Assembly (NCBI GenBank): GCA_013816485.1
Contig: JACDEI010000002.1
Span: 34,322 to 98,321, forward strand
DNA length: 64,000 nucleotides
Source of the DNA: Planctomycetota bacterium
GTDB taxonomy: Bacteria > Planctomycetota > UBA11346
Direction of reading: 5' to 3'
A program made the translations under genes and the position numbers. The notes under the pieces are model-generated. The model was not told where the DNA came from. It was given only the letters and a program-made list of their open reading frames with translations, and did not search any database. Shown piece by piece: positions 36,980 through 47,309 of this stretch; position 1 is the first letter of the stretch, and every line of letters begins with the position of its first letter.

Positions 36980-39169
36980 ATGCCGCTGAATCCCGATACG
37001 ATCGCGGCATTGCTGGAAGCACGGGTCCAGGATCCGTTCTCACTGCTCGGTCTGCATCGTGAGGGTGAGGCCCTGTGGGCACGTGTCTGGCTGCGGCACA
37101 CCGAGGAGATCACGCTGATTCCCGTGGATGGCGGCACACCGGTGCCGCTCACCCGCATCGCGGCGGAGGGATTGTTCGAAGCGCGCATTCCTGGGCGCAA
37201 AGAACACTTCGCTTACGAGCTTCAGGTGCGCTTCCAGGGTGCGAAATCGTCGCATCGCGTGCGTGACGTCTATTCGTTCTGGCCACAGCTCCCGGAGTTC
37301 GACCTCGGTCTGTTCCAGGCTGGTCATCATCTGCACCTGGGTGACCTCCTCGGTGCGCACGTGGTCACCATCGATGGCGTCGAAGGCGTGCGTTTCGCGG
37401 TGTGGGCCCCGAACGCCGAACGCGTGTCGGTGGTCGGCGACTGGAACGACTTCGATGGCCGTTGGCATCCGATGCGGCCGCGCAAGCCGTCCGGCGTCTG
37501 GGAACTCTTCATTCCCGGCCTGACGGCGGGCATGCGCTACAAATACGAAGTGCGCGCCAAGAGCGGCGAACTGCGGGTGAAGTCCGATCCCTTCGCCGCC
37601 ACCGCTGAAATGCCGCCGGCCACTGCCAGCATCGTCGCGCCGCCGGACACCTTCCGTTGGAGTGACGCCAAGTGGATCGCCGATCGTCGCACCAAGCCGC
37701 ACCTGGAACGGCCGATGGCGGTGTACGAATGCCATCTCGGCAGTTGGCAGCGTGGCCCCGAGCCGGGTGACACCTGGCCGAACTACACGGTGCTGGCCGA
37801 TCGTCTAATCGCCCACTGCAAACGCTTCAACTTCACCCATCTCGAACTCCTGCCGGTTGCGCAGCATCCCTACGAGGGCTCGTGGGGGTATCAGGTCACC
37901 GGCCAGTTCGCGCCCAACAGCCGCCACGGCACCCCGGACGATTTCCGCGCCTTCATCGATCGTTGCCATCAGGCCGGCATCGGCGTGATCATCGACTTCG
38001 TCCCTGGCCACTTCCCCAAGGACGACTTCGCACTCGCGCGTTTCGACGGCTCCGCCTGCTACGAGTACGAGGACCCGCGCGAAGGCGAACACCGCACCTG
38101 GGGCACCCACGTCTTCAACTTCCGCCGGCCGGAGGTGCGCAACTTCCTGGTCGCTGCCGCCCTGCACTGGATCCGCCGTTTCCACATCGACGCCCTGCGT
38201 GTCGATGCGGTGTCGTCGATGCTCTACCGCAACTACGACCGCGAAGAGGGCGAGTGGGTCGCCAACGAACAGGGTGGCATCGCCAACCTTGAAGCGGTGA
38301 GCTTCCTGCAGGAACTCACCAGCACCGTGCACCGCGAACACGCGGGTGTATTGATGATCGCCGAGGAGAGCACCGCGTGGCAGGGGGTGACCGCACCCAC
38401 CGAACTGCAAGGTCTCGGCTTCGATCTCAAATGGAACATGGGCTGGATGCACGACACTCTGCGCTACCTCGCGGAGGATCCGCTGATGCGCGCCGGTTGC
38501 CACGACTGGATCACCTTCCATCAGTGGTACGCCTACGACGACAAGTGGGTGCTGCCGTTGTCGCACGATGAAGTGGTACACGGCAAGAAGTCGCTCGCCG
38601 ACAAGATGACCGGTGACTGGTGGCGGCGTCTGGCCGGGCTGCGTCTGCTCTACGGTTATCAGGCGACCATCCCTGGGCGGCCGCTGCTGTTCCAGGGCGC
38701 GGAGTTCGCCCAGGGCCGTGAGTGGGGGTGGCAGCGCAGCGTCGATTGGGATGAAGCGCAGGAACCGGAGCGTGCCGCGCTCGGGGTGTTCCTCAGTGAG
38801 GCGCTACGCCTCTATGTCAGCGAGGCGGCACTCCATGTGCGCGACGACCACCGCGACGGCTTCCAGTGGGTCGACTGCGAGAATCGTGCGGAATCGGTGC
38901 TCGCCTACCTGCGCAAGGCACCCGGTGCACCGGACATCCTGGTGGCCTGCAACTTCACCCCGGTGCCGCGCTATGAGTATGCGCTCGGCGTCCCGAAGCG
39001 TGGCCCCTGGAGCGTGCTGCTGGATTCCGACGACCACCGCTTCGGCGGCAGCGGTGTGGTCAATGGTCGGACGCTGACGGCAAGCGGCGAACAACGCGGG
39101 GTATTCGCTGCGACGCTGCGCGTGACGCTGCCACCGCTGGGTATCGTGGTGTTGCGCGCGCCGGCCTGA
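36980..39169 (+). CDS. glgB: 1,4-alpha-glucan branching enzyme
   Basis: 729 aa, GH13 branching-enzyme pattern (N-terminal CBM48-like region, catalytic DFVPGHFPKD, DALRVDAV, EESTAW). Confidence 0.9.
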   Translation: MPLNPDTIAALLEARVQDPFSLLGLHREGEALWARVWLRHTEEITLIPVDGGTPVPLTRIAAEGLFEARIPGRKEHFAYELQVRFQGAKSSHRVRDVYSFWPQLPEFDLGLFQAGHHLHLGDLLGAHVVTIDGVEGVRFAVWAPNAERVSVVGDWNDFDGRWHPMRPRKPSGVWELFIPGLTAGMRYKYEVRAKSGELRVKSDPFAATAEMPPATASIVAPPDTFRWSDAKWIADRRTKPHLERPMAVYECHLGSWQRGPEPGDTWPNYTVLADRLIAHCKRFNFTHLELLPVAQHPYEGSWGYQVTGQFAPNSRHGTPDDFRAFIDRCHQAGIGVIIDFVPGHFPKDDFALARFDGSACYEYEDPREGEHRTWGTHVFNFRRPEVRNFLVAAALHWIRRFHIDALRVDAVSSMLYRNYDREEGEWVANEQGGIANLEAVSFLQELTSTVHREHAGVLMIAEESTAWQGVTAPTELQGLGFDLKWNMGWMHDTLRYLAEDPLMRAGCHDWITFHQWYAYDDKWVLPLSHDEVVHGKKSLADKMTGDWWRRLAGLRLLYGYQATIPGRPLLFQGAEFAQGREWGWQRSVDWDEAQEPERAALGVFLSEALRLYVSEAALHVRDDHRDGFQWVDCENRAESVLAYLRKAPGAPDILVACNFTPVPRYEYALGVPKRGPWSVLLDSDDHRFGGSGVVNGRTLTASGEQRGVFAATLRVTLPPLGIVVLRAPA

Positions 39170-39209
39170 ACACTGCGGAAGCTCTGGGCTTCCACGGTGC
39201 AGTTGTGGT

Positions 39210-40355
39210 TCAGCCGTGACCGAAACAGGCCATCAGGATCTCTTCCGCGATCCACGCCATGATCGCGCTCGCGGGCAGCGTCAGCACCCAGGCGACCAGG
39301 ATATTGACCGCGGTGCCCCAGCGGATCGCGGCGAGGCCTTTGATCAGGCCGGCCCCCATGATGCTGGCGGTGATGCAATGCGTGGTCGATACCGGGATGC
39401 CGAGCACGCTCGCGGCGATAATGGTGCCGGTGCCGCTGGTCTGCGCGGCGAAACCCTGGAGCGGCGAGATCTTGATGATCTTGGTGCCCATGGTCTTGAT
39501 GATCTTCTTGCCGCCGGCCATGGTTCCGAAGCACATGGCCAAGGCACAGGCGACGATCACCCACACGGGGATGTCGGTGGTCGACTTGCCCTTGGCGTCG
39601 ATGTGCGCGGTCGGCAGCAGATGGGCGTGATGGTCCTTGATGATCGCCGGTAAGGTTGAGCCGGCCACCACCTCAGCGTGTATGGCGACCTGTTCCGGGG
39701 TCACGCCGGTGGTCACCAACGGCATCACCTGATGCGAAGCCATGAAGGCGATCAGCGCCATGGTGATCACGCCCATGACTTTCTGTGCATCATTCATGCC
39801 GTGGGCGAAAGACAGGGTGCAGGCCGACACCAATTGCAGACCACGTGAGCCGGTGTTGACCGTGTTGGGCCGCCATCGCCGGACGATCCACAACGATGCG
39901 ATCATCAACAGGAACGCGATCGACAGGCCGATCAGCGGGGACAGGATCAGCGGGATGGCGACCTTGGCCATGACGCCGCCCCATTCGACGAAGGCGAAAC
40001 CCTTGGAGGCGATGACGGCACCACACAGACCGCCGACCAGGGCGTGCGACGACGACGAGGGAATGCCCCACCACCAGGTGATGAGATTCCAGGCACTCGC
40101 GCCGATGAGTGCTGCCAGCACCACCAATTGTGTGACATTTGCAGGATCAGCGATGCCCTTGGCGATGAACGCGGCGACAGCGGTACCGGCGAAAGCACCG
40201 ACGAAATTGAAGATACCCGACACTACCACGGCAGTGCGCACCGACATCACGCCGGTCGACACGCTGGTGGCGATGGCATTGGCCGCGTCATGGAAACCGT
40301 TGATGAAGTCGAAGATCAGCGCGACGACGACGACCAGGATCAGCAGTTCAAGCAT
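39210..40355 (-). CDS. pitA: Inorganic phosphate transporter, PiT family
   Basis: Duplicated signature GFHDAANAIATSV and AFAHGMNDAQK. 381 aa polytopic membrane protein. Confidence 0.85.
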   Translation of the reverse strand: MLELLILVVVVALIFDFINGFHDAANAIATSVSTGVMSVRTAVVVSGIFNFVGAFAGTAVAAFIAKGIADPANVTQLVVLAALIGASAWNLITWWWGIPSSSSHALVGGLCGAVIASKGFAFVEWGGVMAKVAIPLILSPLIGLSIAFLLMIASLWIVRRWRPNTVNTGSRGLQLVSACTLSFAHGMNDAQKVMGVITMALIAFMASHQVMPLVTTGVTPEQVAIHAEVVAGSTLPAIIKDHHAHLLPTAHIDAKGKSTTDIPVWVIVACALAMCFGTMAGGKKIIKTMGTKIIKISPLQGFAAQTSGTGTIIAASVLGIPVSTTHCITASIMGAGLIKGLAAIRWGTAVNILVAWVLTLPASAIMAWIAEEILMACFGHG

Positions 40356-40995
40356 GCTTCACGGCGATGGAGGTGAGCGCATCGGCCACCTGTTCACAAC
40401 GGTTGATGGCCTTCTCCAGATCGTCGAGCACTTCCTTCTCGCGCAGGATGTTCTTGGCGTCGATCGACGGATCGTGGAATAGCTTGCTGATGGCGTCGCG
40501 GAACACCGCGTCGCCATCCTTTTCGAGTTGGATGACCTCTTGGACACCGGCCTTCACCTGATCGTAGGCATGATGGCGCAGCAGTGGGACGGTGCGATCG
40601 ATGATCGCCGTCGAGGCTTCGAGTTTCTCGATCAGCAGGCACATCGGCGGGGTCGGCTTGTCGACACCGAACAGCACGCACGCCCGTGCCGCGGCATTGG
40701 CCATGTCGGTGATGTCATCGAGGCGTTTGCACAGCTTCTGCAGATCGTCGCGGTCAATCGGTGTCGCGAAGGTGCGTCCGAGCGCATCGAGCATCTCATG
40801 CAGGATCGCGTCCCCCTGGTGCTCAAGTTCCTGCACCGTCGCGCGGATCTCGCCTGCCGCTCCGCCAGTGGTCAGACGTTTGAGCGCCACCGCCGCTTGG
40901 TGGGCGACCTTGGCCTGACGTTCCAGGTGATCGTAGAAATGGTCTTCCTTCGGAAGGATCCAGCGCAGGAAGGCAGAAAATGGCATGGGCGGCAT
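40348..40995 (-). CDS. DUF47 (PhoU-like) Pit accessory protein
   Basis: About 215-aa helical protein immediately upstream of the PiT gene and overlapping it. This is the conserved DUF47-PiT gene pair. Confidence 0.75.
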   Translation of the reverse strand: MPPMPFSAFLRWILPKEDHFYDHLERQAKVAHQAAVALKRLTTGGAAGEIRATVQELEHQGDAILHEMLDALGRTFATPIDRDDLQKLCKRLDDITDMANAAARACVLFGVDKPTPPMCLLIEKLEASTAIIDRTVPLLRHHAYDQVKAGVQEVIQLEKDGDAVFRDAISKLFHDPSIDAKNILREKEVLDDLEKAINRCEQVADALTSIAVKHA

Positions 40996-41106
40996 CCCAT
41001 GGCAGATGAAGGAATGGTCAAGGAAAGATGAAGATCAGACCTGCCGAGCCCGATCGGCCTACGTAACGCCTTGCCCAGGAACAAGTCGCAACCTATCGTC
41101 CGAACC

Positions 41107-42270
41107 ATGAAGCCGGCCAGCAAACTGGAACTGAAGGTCGGCATGCTGATCGTCGGCGGCATCATCGCGACGGTGGCGCTGGTCCTGCTGACCGACCGCA
41201 TCCGTTTCGACAGTTACTACACGGTCAACGCCTACCTGGCCGATGCGGCAGGCTTGCGCCAGGGTTCACCGGTCACGCTCGACGGCGTGCGCATCGGCGA
41301 GGTCGATCTGGTCACCGTGGTGGGCGACGCACGGGGAAACATCCTGGTCAAGCTGCGCGTCAATGAACGTCATCCGATTCCTGGCGATTCAAAATTGACG
41401 CTCGCCAGCAGCGGCATCTTCGGCGACAGTTTCATGGCCTTCTCGGGCTCGGTCGATCCCAACGCGCCACCATTGCCGATGGATGATACGGCGGCGGTGC
41501 AGGCCTCGCGTGGTTTCTTCGACAAAGCCAGTCAACAGGCGGAGATGATCCTCTCCGGCTTCAGTGACCTGCTGGCTGGCGAAACCCGCAATGACATCAA
41601 ACGGCTGATCAAGGGTGCGGCTGATCTGGCCGAATCGGGCAAACGTCTGACGGACAATCTCGATGCGCAGAACAAGGCACTCGGCGACACGCTGGCGTCG
41701 GTGAAAAGCCTGAGTGATGACTTGCGCGTGACCGTAGCCGAATTGCAGACCAAGGTCGATAACACGCTCACGCGTGTTGATGGCGTGTTGTCGACGGTCG
41801 ATGCGCAGGCGAAGAACCTTGGTGACAAGGCCGCCGGCACCATCGCGCGGGTCGATGGTTTGGTGCAGAAGGCCACCACCGTGCTCGACCAGTCCGGCCC
41901 CGAGTTGACGCAGACCCTGGTCTCGGCACGTGAATTGTCGCAGAAGATCCAACGCATCGCCGACGCCTTGGCGGCGGGCGAGGGGGTCGCCGGCCAATTG
42001 TTGGTTAATCGCCAGCTTGCCCAGGACCTCAACAACACCGCGATCGACCTCAGCCGCACCGCGGCCCTGATCGCGGATCACCCCGAGGCTCTGGTATTTG
42101 GAATGTCGAAAGAAGAGTCCGCCGCCCAGCGGGCCCGGCGTGAGCGCGAGAAGCAGCGGCGGTCGTTTCAGGAGGGCTACGGCAGCGGCATCCCGGTGAC
42201 CGTCGAAAGCCCGGCTCCGGCTCCGGCTCCGACACCAGCTCCGACACCAGTGCCATCAGATAAGCCCTGA
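41107..42270 (+). CDS. MCE/MlaD-domain protein with long helical C-terminal region
   Basis: N-terminal TM helix (LKVGMLIVGGIIATVALVLL) followed by an MCE domain (YYTVNAYLADAAGLRQGSPVTLDGVRIGEV). Coiled-coil C-terminus and a Pro/Ala tail. No mlaE/mlaF nearby. Confidence 0.7.
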   Translation: MKPASKLELKVGMLIVGGIIATVALVLLTDRIRFDSYYTVNAYLADAAGLRQGSPVTLDGVRIGEVDLVTVVGDARGNILVKLRVNERHPIPGDSKLTLASSGIFGDSFMAFSGSVDPNAPPLPMDDTAAVQASRGFFDKASQQAEMILSGFSDLLAGETRNDIKRLIKGAADLAESGKRLTDNLDAQNKALGDTLASVKSLSDDLRVTVAELQTKVDNTLTRVDGVLSTVDAQAKNLGDKAAGTIARVDGLVQKATTVLDQSGPELTQTLVSARELSQKIQRIADALAAGEGVAGQLLVNRQLAQDLNNTAIDLSRTAALIADHPEALVFGMSKEESAAQRARREREKQRRSFQEGYGSGIPVTVESPAPAPAPTPAPTPVPSDKP

Positions 42271-42464
42271 CCTGATAATCGGTTGGAAGTCATCCTGAAC
42301 CTGATGGCAGACTGCTGCACGGGGCAAACCCGGTGCAAGATTTCGCTGTCAGTTGAGGATATACTAGTGCAAAAGGGGCACCGACTAGCCATGACGCAGA
42401 TCATCCGTCCCAGCCCGTCGCCTGTAACAATCCACCCCCAGCCCACGTTGATCTGAGGAATTTC

Positions 42465-43982
42465 ATGACCAACGCCAACGATCCTCTCAAGACCCGTGCT
42501 GACGGTGCGACCACGTCCACCGGGGGTCTGGCGGATCTTACGGGCAGCCGCCTGGGCGACTTCCAACTCATCAGACGCATCGGTGCGGGTGCGATGGGTG
42601 ATGTCTACCTGGGCAAACATGTCACCAGTGGCGAGTCGGTGGCGATCAAGCTGATCCTCGACAAACACTGCCAGGACGACGCCTTCATCAAGCGTTTCAA
42701 ACGTGAGATCGATGTGCTGATGGGACTCAACCATCCGAATATCGCCCGTGCGATCGGCTATGGTGCCGAACAGAACCGTTCGTTCCTGGCCTTGGAGTAC
42801 ATCCAGGGCCCCAATCTCTCCGACGTGCTGCATGAACGCGGTGCGTTGTTCGAGCAGGATGCCCTGACCATCGCCATCCATGTCGCACGTGGCCTGGCTT
42901 CGGCTTATAATGAAGCGGGTCTGGTTCACCGCGACATCAAGCCGATGAACCTGCTGGTGAAGCAACAGCGCGTGGGCGCACGTGCCGGCCTCTTCATGGA
43001 GGAGGGGGACAAGGTCAAGATCATCGATTTCGGTCTGGCCAAGCCGACCGACTCCGACGATCAGCGGTTGACCATGACCGGCTTCGTCATGGGCACGCCG
43101 GCCTACATGTCACCAGAACAGATCCGTTGCGAGTCGACCCTCGATTTTCACGCCGACATGTACGCGCTCGGCGCGACGATGTTCCACCTACTCACCGGTC
43201 GCGTTCCCTATCCGGGCAACGCGCCGGCGATCATCATGACCGGTCACTTGACCCAGCCGGTGCCGGATCCGGGCGACTTGGTGCCGAGCATCAGCCAGAA
43301 CACCCGCAAGATCGTGATGACTGCGATGGCCAAGCTGCCGCGTGGTCGTTTCAGTGATTTCCGCGCGATGATCAGTGCCTGTGAAAAAGCATTCAAGGAA
43401 CTCTCCACCACCGCGCCTGGCACCATCCGCATGTTGCGTAAGCCGATGGTGCGCGGCGGCACCCAGTCCGATCAGTCCAAGTCGTCGACCTCGCAGCAAA
43501 GCGAGGAGACCATGGACTTCCAGGCGTTGCCGGGCGACAAGGAAGCCGGTCGCCAGCAGCAGAAACAGGATCCGGCGGCTAAGGTCACCTCCTCGCACCG
43601 TCGCCAGCCACCATCGGTCACCACCAGCCAGATATTCAAGGCCAGTCCCAACATCGGCGGAGCCGAGGCGCTGGAGGCCAAGAATCCGCAGACCGCGCGT
43701 CTCACGGCCAAGCCGCTACCGACCAGTGCCGACGCAGGGAGCGATGCGCTGCGCAAGGTCCTGACCGAAAAGATCGAGAAGGCCCGCACCACCGCCCGCA
43801 TCCGCAGGCAAGAAAAACACATGCAGGCGCTCGACCTCGAAGCGCGCGGTGGTTCGGTGACGTTGGCGGGTACCGCATCGTTGCCACTCGGTGCGCACCT
43901 GATTGCCCTGTTGCCCGGATTCTCCGTCCTGCTGATCCTGGCGATCCTAATGGTGTGGTTCGTGTTCCAGCAGTCGGGGTGA
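42465..43982 (+). CDS. Ser/Thr protein kinase (Hanks type) with C-terminal TM anchor
   Basis: Motifs GAGAMGDVY (Gly loop), AIK (Lys), HRDIKPMNLLV (catalytic loop), DFGLA, SPEQ. C-terminal hydrophobic segment LIALLPGFSVLLILAILMVWFVF. Confidence 0.85.
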   Translation: MTNANDPLKTRADGATTSTGGLADLTGSRLGDFQLIRRIGAGAMGDVYLGKHVTSGESVAIKLILDKHCQDDAFIKRFKREIDVLMGLNHPNIARAIGYGAEQNRSFLALEYIQGPNLSDVLHERGALFEQDALTIAIHVARGLASAYNEAGLVHRDIKPMNLLVKQQRVGARAGLFMEEGDKVKIIDFGLAKPTDSDDQRLTMTGFVMGTPAYMSPEQIRCESTLDFHADMYALGATMFHLLTGRVPYPGNAPAIIMTGHLTQPVPDPGDLVPSISQNTRKIVMTAMAKLPRGRFSDFRAMISACEKAFKELSTTAPGTIRMLRKPMVRGGTQSDQSKSSTSQQSEETMDFQALPGDKEAGRQQQKQDPAAKVTSSHRRQPPSVTTSQIFKASPNIGGAEALEAKNPQTARLTAKPLPTSADAGSDALRKVLTEKIEKARTTARIRRQEKHMQALDLEARGGSVTLAGTASLPLGAHLIALLPGFSVLLILAILMVWFVFQQSG

Positions 43983-43986
43983 CGAT

Positions 43987-44277
43987 CTAACCGTCGGGAT
44001 TGTCCAGGCTGTCACGAAAGTCATTCCAGGTGAAAGTGATCGGCCCGGCACCCTGCACTACAAACCAGAAGATGTAGCTGAAATAAGTTTCGGAGTGGTA
44101 CATGCATCGCAGGTGTGGATGGAATACCACGCTGAGGCCATCATCGAGCCACGTTGGCACTAGGTCGTGGTGCGCGGCCTTGCCCCACAAAAAAACGATC
44201 GGTCCGAAGCTGACGCAGTACAAAACGAGCAGCGCGCTCAGCGCCCCACTGGCAATGATCATGTGGCGACGACCCAT
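43987..44277 (-). CDS. Small hypothetical membrane protein (96 aa)
   Basis: Two hydrophobic helices. It lies 9 nt downstream of the BatA-like gene on the same strand. Confidence 0.3.
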   Translation of the reverse strand: MGRRHMIIASGALSALLVLYCVSFGPIVFLWGKAAHHDLVPTWLDDGLSVVFHPHLRCMYHSETYFSYIFWFVVQGAGPITFTWNDFRDSLDNPDG

Positions 44278-44285
44278 GCGGGATC

Positions 44286-47200
44286 CTAACGCCGTTTGCG
44301 CAGCTGCCGGAGTGCTTCATGTAGCCCATCGTCCGGCGGTGGCACGCCGGATGGATCAGATGGAACTGCGACCACGACGGGAGTCTCAGCCGACGGCGAC
44401 GGCGACGGAGCAGTGACGCTGACCTGATCACTAGCCGGTGCCGCCCTCACCGTACGGATGCGGAACAATGTGAGTTGCAATCTACGCACCAGGATTTCTC
44501 CAAGCGCCAAGACCAGCGCAAGGATCAGCAGCAACGGCGCAGCCTCGACCAAGGTTCCTGGACTGGGTGGATTGTCGAAAACATCCAGTAGATCGCGCCG
44601 CACCGCTCCGCCACTGTCGCGTGCGATCGCGGCCATCACCTCGGCGCCAGGCTGACGACCGAACCGTGGCTCGGCTTCCGGTGAATAGGGCAGCCGCACC
44701 GCCGGTCCGACCAGCGCGTGGCGATCGATGGTGACGGCGGGCACCAGGGCGCGTTCGTCCTCAAGCGCCACCACTACTTCGTAACGACCAGTGTCGATGG
44801 CCTGCATCGGCACCTGACGGGCGTCGCTGATCTCACCGTCGCGCGCCAACACCACCGACGGTGGGATGAGCGGCCACTGGTCGCGTTTCGCCGGATCGAG
44901 TTCGAGGCGTACGGTGAGGCTGCGTCCAGCCCGTTCCGCGGTCAGTTGCCCAGGCCCCGCTTCGCCGCCGCCGCCGGCCCAGCGCACGATGCCGGCGATC
45001 AGCGGAGCATAGCCGTTCCATTGCAGCAGCGCCTCCGATTTGGGGTCGTCGAGGTCGATGCACACCGCCACGCTGCGCCCGCCGCCGATGTGCCAAGCGG
45101 CCAAGGCCGGCGCGGCCGGATCACCTTGGGCCATGGCCCACACCTGCGCACGTTCACGGGCGTAGGTCAGGTTGTAGCCGGCCACGCTCGGCCACGGTCC
45201 GTTGAAGGCCGTCTCATTACCGAGGTCCACGCCGATGCGTGCTTTCGCCTGCAACGGACTGGGATCGCCAATCCACGAGCTACGTGCCACCAGCATGGTC
45301 TCCTGCGCGAACAGCCGCGGCAGGTCCTCCGGCACTTCGGCGAAGGCGATGCGGCCGTTGCCACGCCGCGCGACATCCTCCAGGAACTTGGCGTCGGAGT
45401 CGTTGGCGCTGCCCATCGCTACCACCGAGGTGGTGATGCCGACCTTGGCATATTGGTCTAGCAAGTTGATGTAGTCGCCCGGTTCCTCGGCATCCGCTGC
45501 GTCAGCGAACAACACCAAGTGGCGCGTGCCGGCGTTGGCATCCACCAGTTCCTTTCCGGCAGCCAGCAACGCCTGGTAGACGTAGATACCGCCGCCACTG
45601 CTCTCGATGCCGAGCACCTTGTTGATGAGCGGTTTCGGATCGACGACCCGGGTGAGCGGCAGGATCACGTGTGGTGCGGAATCGACCGCATGCACCGCCA
45701 CCTCGTCGCGTGGGCCGAGCAGGCCGATCACCGAGGCCGCGCCTTCGTTCGCCAGATCCATCTTGGTGCGACCATCCGCCACCGGCGCCATCATCGAACC
45801 GGAACGGTCGAGTGTGATCGCCATCGCCACAGATAATTTCCGATGTTCATCGCGCAGTTCCATGGTCACCGGCAGTACCCGTTCGACCGGGCTCTTGTGA
45901 TAGCCACCAGACCCGAACGAGCGGCGACCACCGGTCAGCACCAGCCCACCGCCCAGGTGTTCGACCCAGCGCGCGATCGCTTCCATGCCCGGCAGTTTCA
46001 AGCGATCCGCCGGCACCTGGTCGAGCACGAGCACCCGGTAGGCCAGTAAATCTTCGAGCCCGAGCGTGCCCTCCGGTTTCACGTCCACGGCCATGCCAGC
46101 GGAACGCAGCGCCCGGGCAAGATTGCCATCGCTGCCATCAGCGCTCATCACCAACACGCGTTCGCCGCCGGAAATGCGCAGCACCGCTTTGGCGCTGTTG
46201 TTGAGTGGTTGACGATCGCGTTCGACCACCGGCTCATCGAGCACCTGGCGGATCTGCCGCTCCAGCAGGGTGCCCAGTGCCGGTCCCATTCTGCTGTTCA
46301 CCTCGCCCATGAGCTTGGCCACGGCGGCGTCGCGCTCGGGCCCGGGTTCGCTGAGCTTGCGCAGCGCCTCCTGGCCGGCGGGTGTCGCCACCAGGGCATC
46401 GAAGGCGGTGAGGAAACGTTCGGCATCACCGGTGTTTGCTCCGGGCACACCCGCCGCCAACTGACGGATCAGGCCGCGCAGGCGTTCGACGATACGCCCG
46501 GCATCGGCGCCTGACCCCAGGGAGATGTCGTAGGTCAGCACGCCGGCGCGCGGTGGACGATCGGCGAAAGTCACGGTCGTCGGGCGGAAGGGGAACAGGT
46601 GTTCGCTACCGCTGGCGATGGTGCGGCCATCGCGCGTGATGCTCCAGGTCCGCACTTCATCGGCATCGCTGATCAGGCGCACCGCACCGATGAAACTTTC
46701 GCCCAACCGCAGATCGCCCGGCAGTTCGACATCGAGGATGGCGGCATCGGGAGTCGCTGGACGGACCTCCACCAGGACGTCGACCGGGATGTTGCCCAGG
46801 CCCAGGCGGGTCGCGGCGGCACGCGGATCAATCCCGGTCGCTTCACCATCCGAATGAATGATCACCCGTGCGCTGCGCCCTGGCGACAACAGGGAGGCCG
46901 CCTGATCAAGGGCGCCGGCGACATCGCTGCCACTATCGCGCACCGGATAATCGCTCAGCAGCGGGACGCCGGTGCGTTGTGGTCCCTGGGCGATCACCGG
47001 ACCATCGCCGAGCAAGACCACGCCGAGACGATCGCCGGTGCTGCGTTGTTCACCGACCAACCGGAGCATCTCGCCATGTTGCTGCCGCGCCTCGCCCAGG
47101 CTGGCGGAACGGTCGAGCACCACCACCACGTCGCTACCGCCGCGTTCCCACGCCAGCTCCGGTCGGGCGGCGGCGAAGACCAACAGCAGCAGCACCGTCA

Positions 47201-47309
47201 GCCGCAGCCAGCGGCCGTAGCCCTGTCTGGCCCACAACCACCACGCGGTCAGCGCCGGCAACACCAGTGCCAGGGCGTACGGTTCGAGCAGGTGGATATC
47301 CGGGCTCAT
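44286..47309 (-). CDS. Giant BatA/VWA-domain membrane protein (aerotolerance-operon-like, 1007 aa)
   Basis: N-terminal double-TM BatA-type domain (LLEPYALALVLPALTAWWLWARQ). VWA-like segments (VVVVLDRSASLG, LVLFADAADAEEPGD). Pro-rich tail and C-terminal TM. Its start overlaps the stop of the upstream paralog by 4 nt. Confidence 0.6.
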   Translation of the reverse strand: MSPDIHLLEPYALALVLPALTAWWLWARQGYGRWLRLTVLLLLVFAAARPELAWERGGSDVVVVLDRSASLGEARQQHGEMLRLVGEQRSTGDRLGVVLLGDGPVIAQGPQRTGVPLLSDYPVRDSGSDVAGALDQAASLLSPGRSARVIIHSDGEATGIDPRAAATRLGLGNIPVDVLVEVRPATPDAAILDVELPGDLRLGESFIGAVRLISDADEVRTWSITRDGRTIASGSEHLFPFRPTTVTFADRPPRAGVLTYDISLGSGADAGRIVERLRGLIRQLAAGVPGANTGDAERFLTAFDALVATPAGQEALRKLSEPGPERDAAVAKLMGEVNSRMGPALGTLLERQIRQVLDEPVVERDRQPLNNSAKAVLRISGGERVLVMSADGSDGNLARALRSAGMAVDVKPEGTLGLEDLLAYRVLVLDQVPADRLKLPGMEAIARWVEHLGGGLVLTGGRRSFGSGGYHKSPVERVLPVTMELRDEHRKLSVAMAITLDRSGSMMAPVADGRTKMDLANEGAASVIGLLGPRDEVAVHAVDSAPHVILPLTRVVDPKPLINKVLGIESSGGGIYVYQALLAAGKELVDANAGTRHLVLFADAADAEEPGDYINLLDQYAKVGITTSVVAMGSANDSDAKFLEDVARRGNGRIAFAEVPEDLPRLFAQETMLVARSSWIGDPSPLQAKARIGVDLGNETAFNGPWPSVAGYNLTYARERAQVWAMAQGDPAAPALAAWHIGGGRSVAVCIDLDDPKSEALLQWNGYAPLIAGIVRWAGGGGEAGPGQLTAERAGRSLTVRLELDPAKRDQWPLIPPSVVLARDGEISDARQVPMQAIDTGRYEVVVALEDERALVPAVTIDRHALVGPAVRLPYSPEAEPRFGRQPGAEVMAAIARDSGGAVRRDLLDVFDNPPSPGTLVEAAPLLLILALVLALGEILVRRLQLTLFRIRTVRAAPASDQVSVTAPSPSPSAETPVVVAVPSDPSGVPPPDDGLHEALRQLRKRR

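Noticed and set aside
42271-42464. AT-richer patch (ttgaggatatactagtgcaaaagg) upstream of the Ser/Thr kinase as a promoter
   Set aside because: Plausible -10-like TATACT but no convincingly spaced -35. Left as an observation only.
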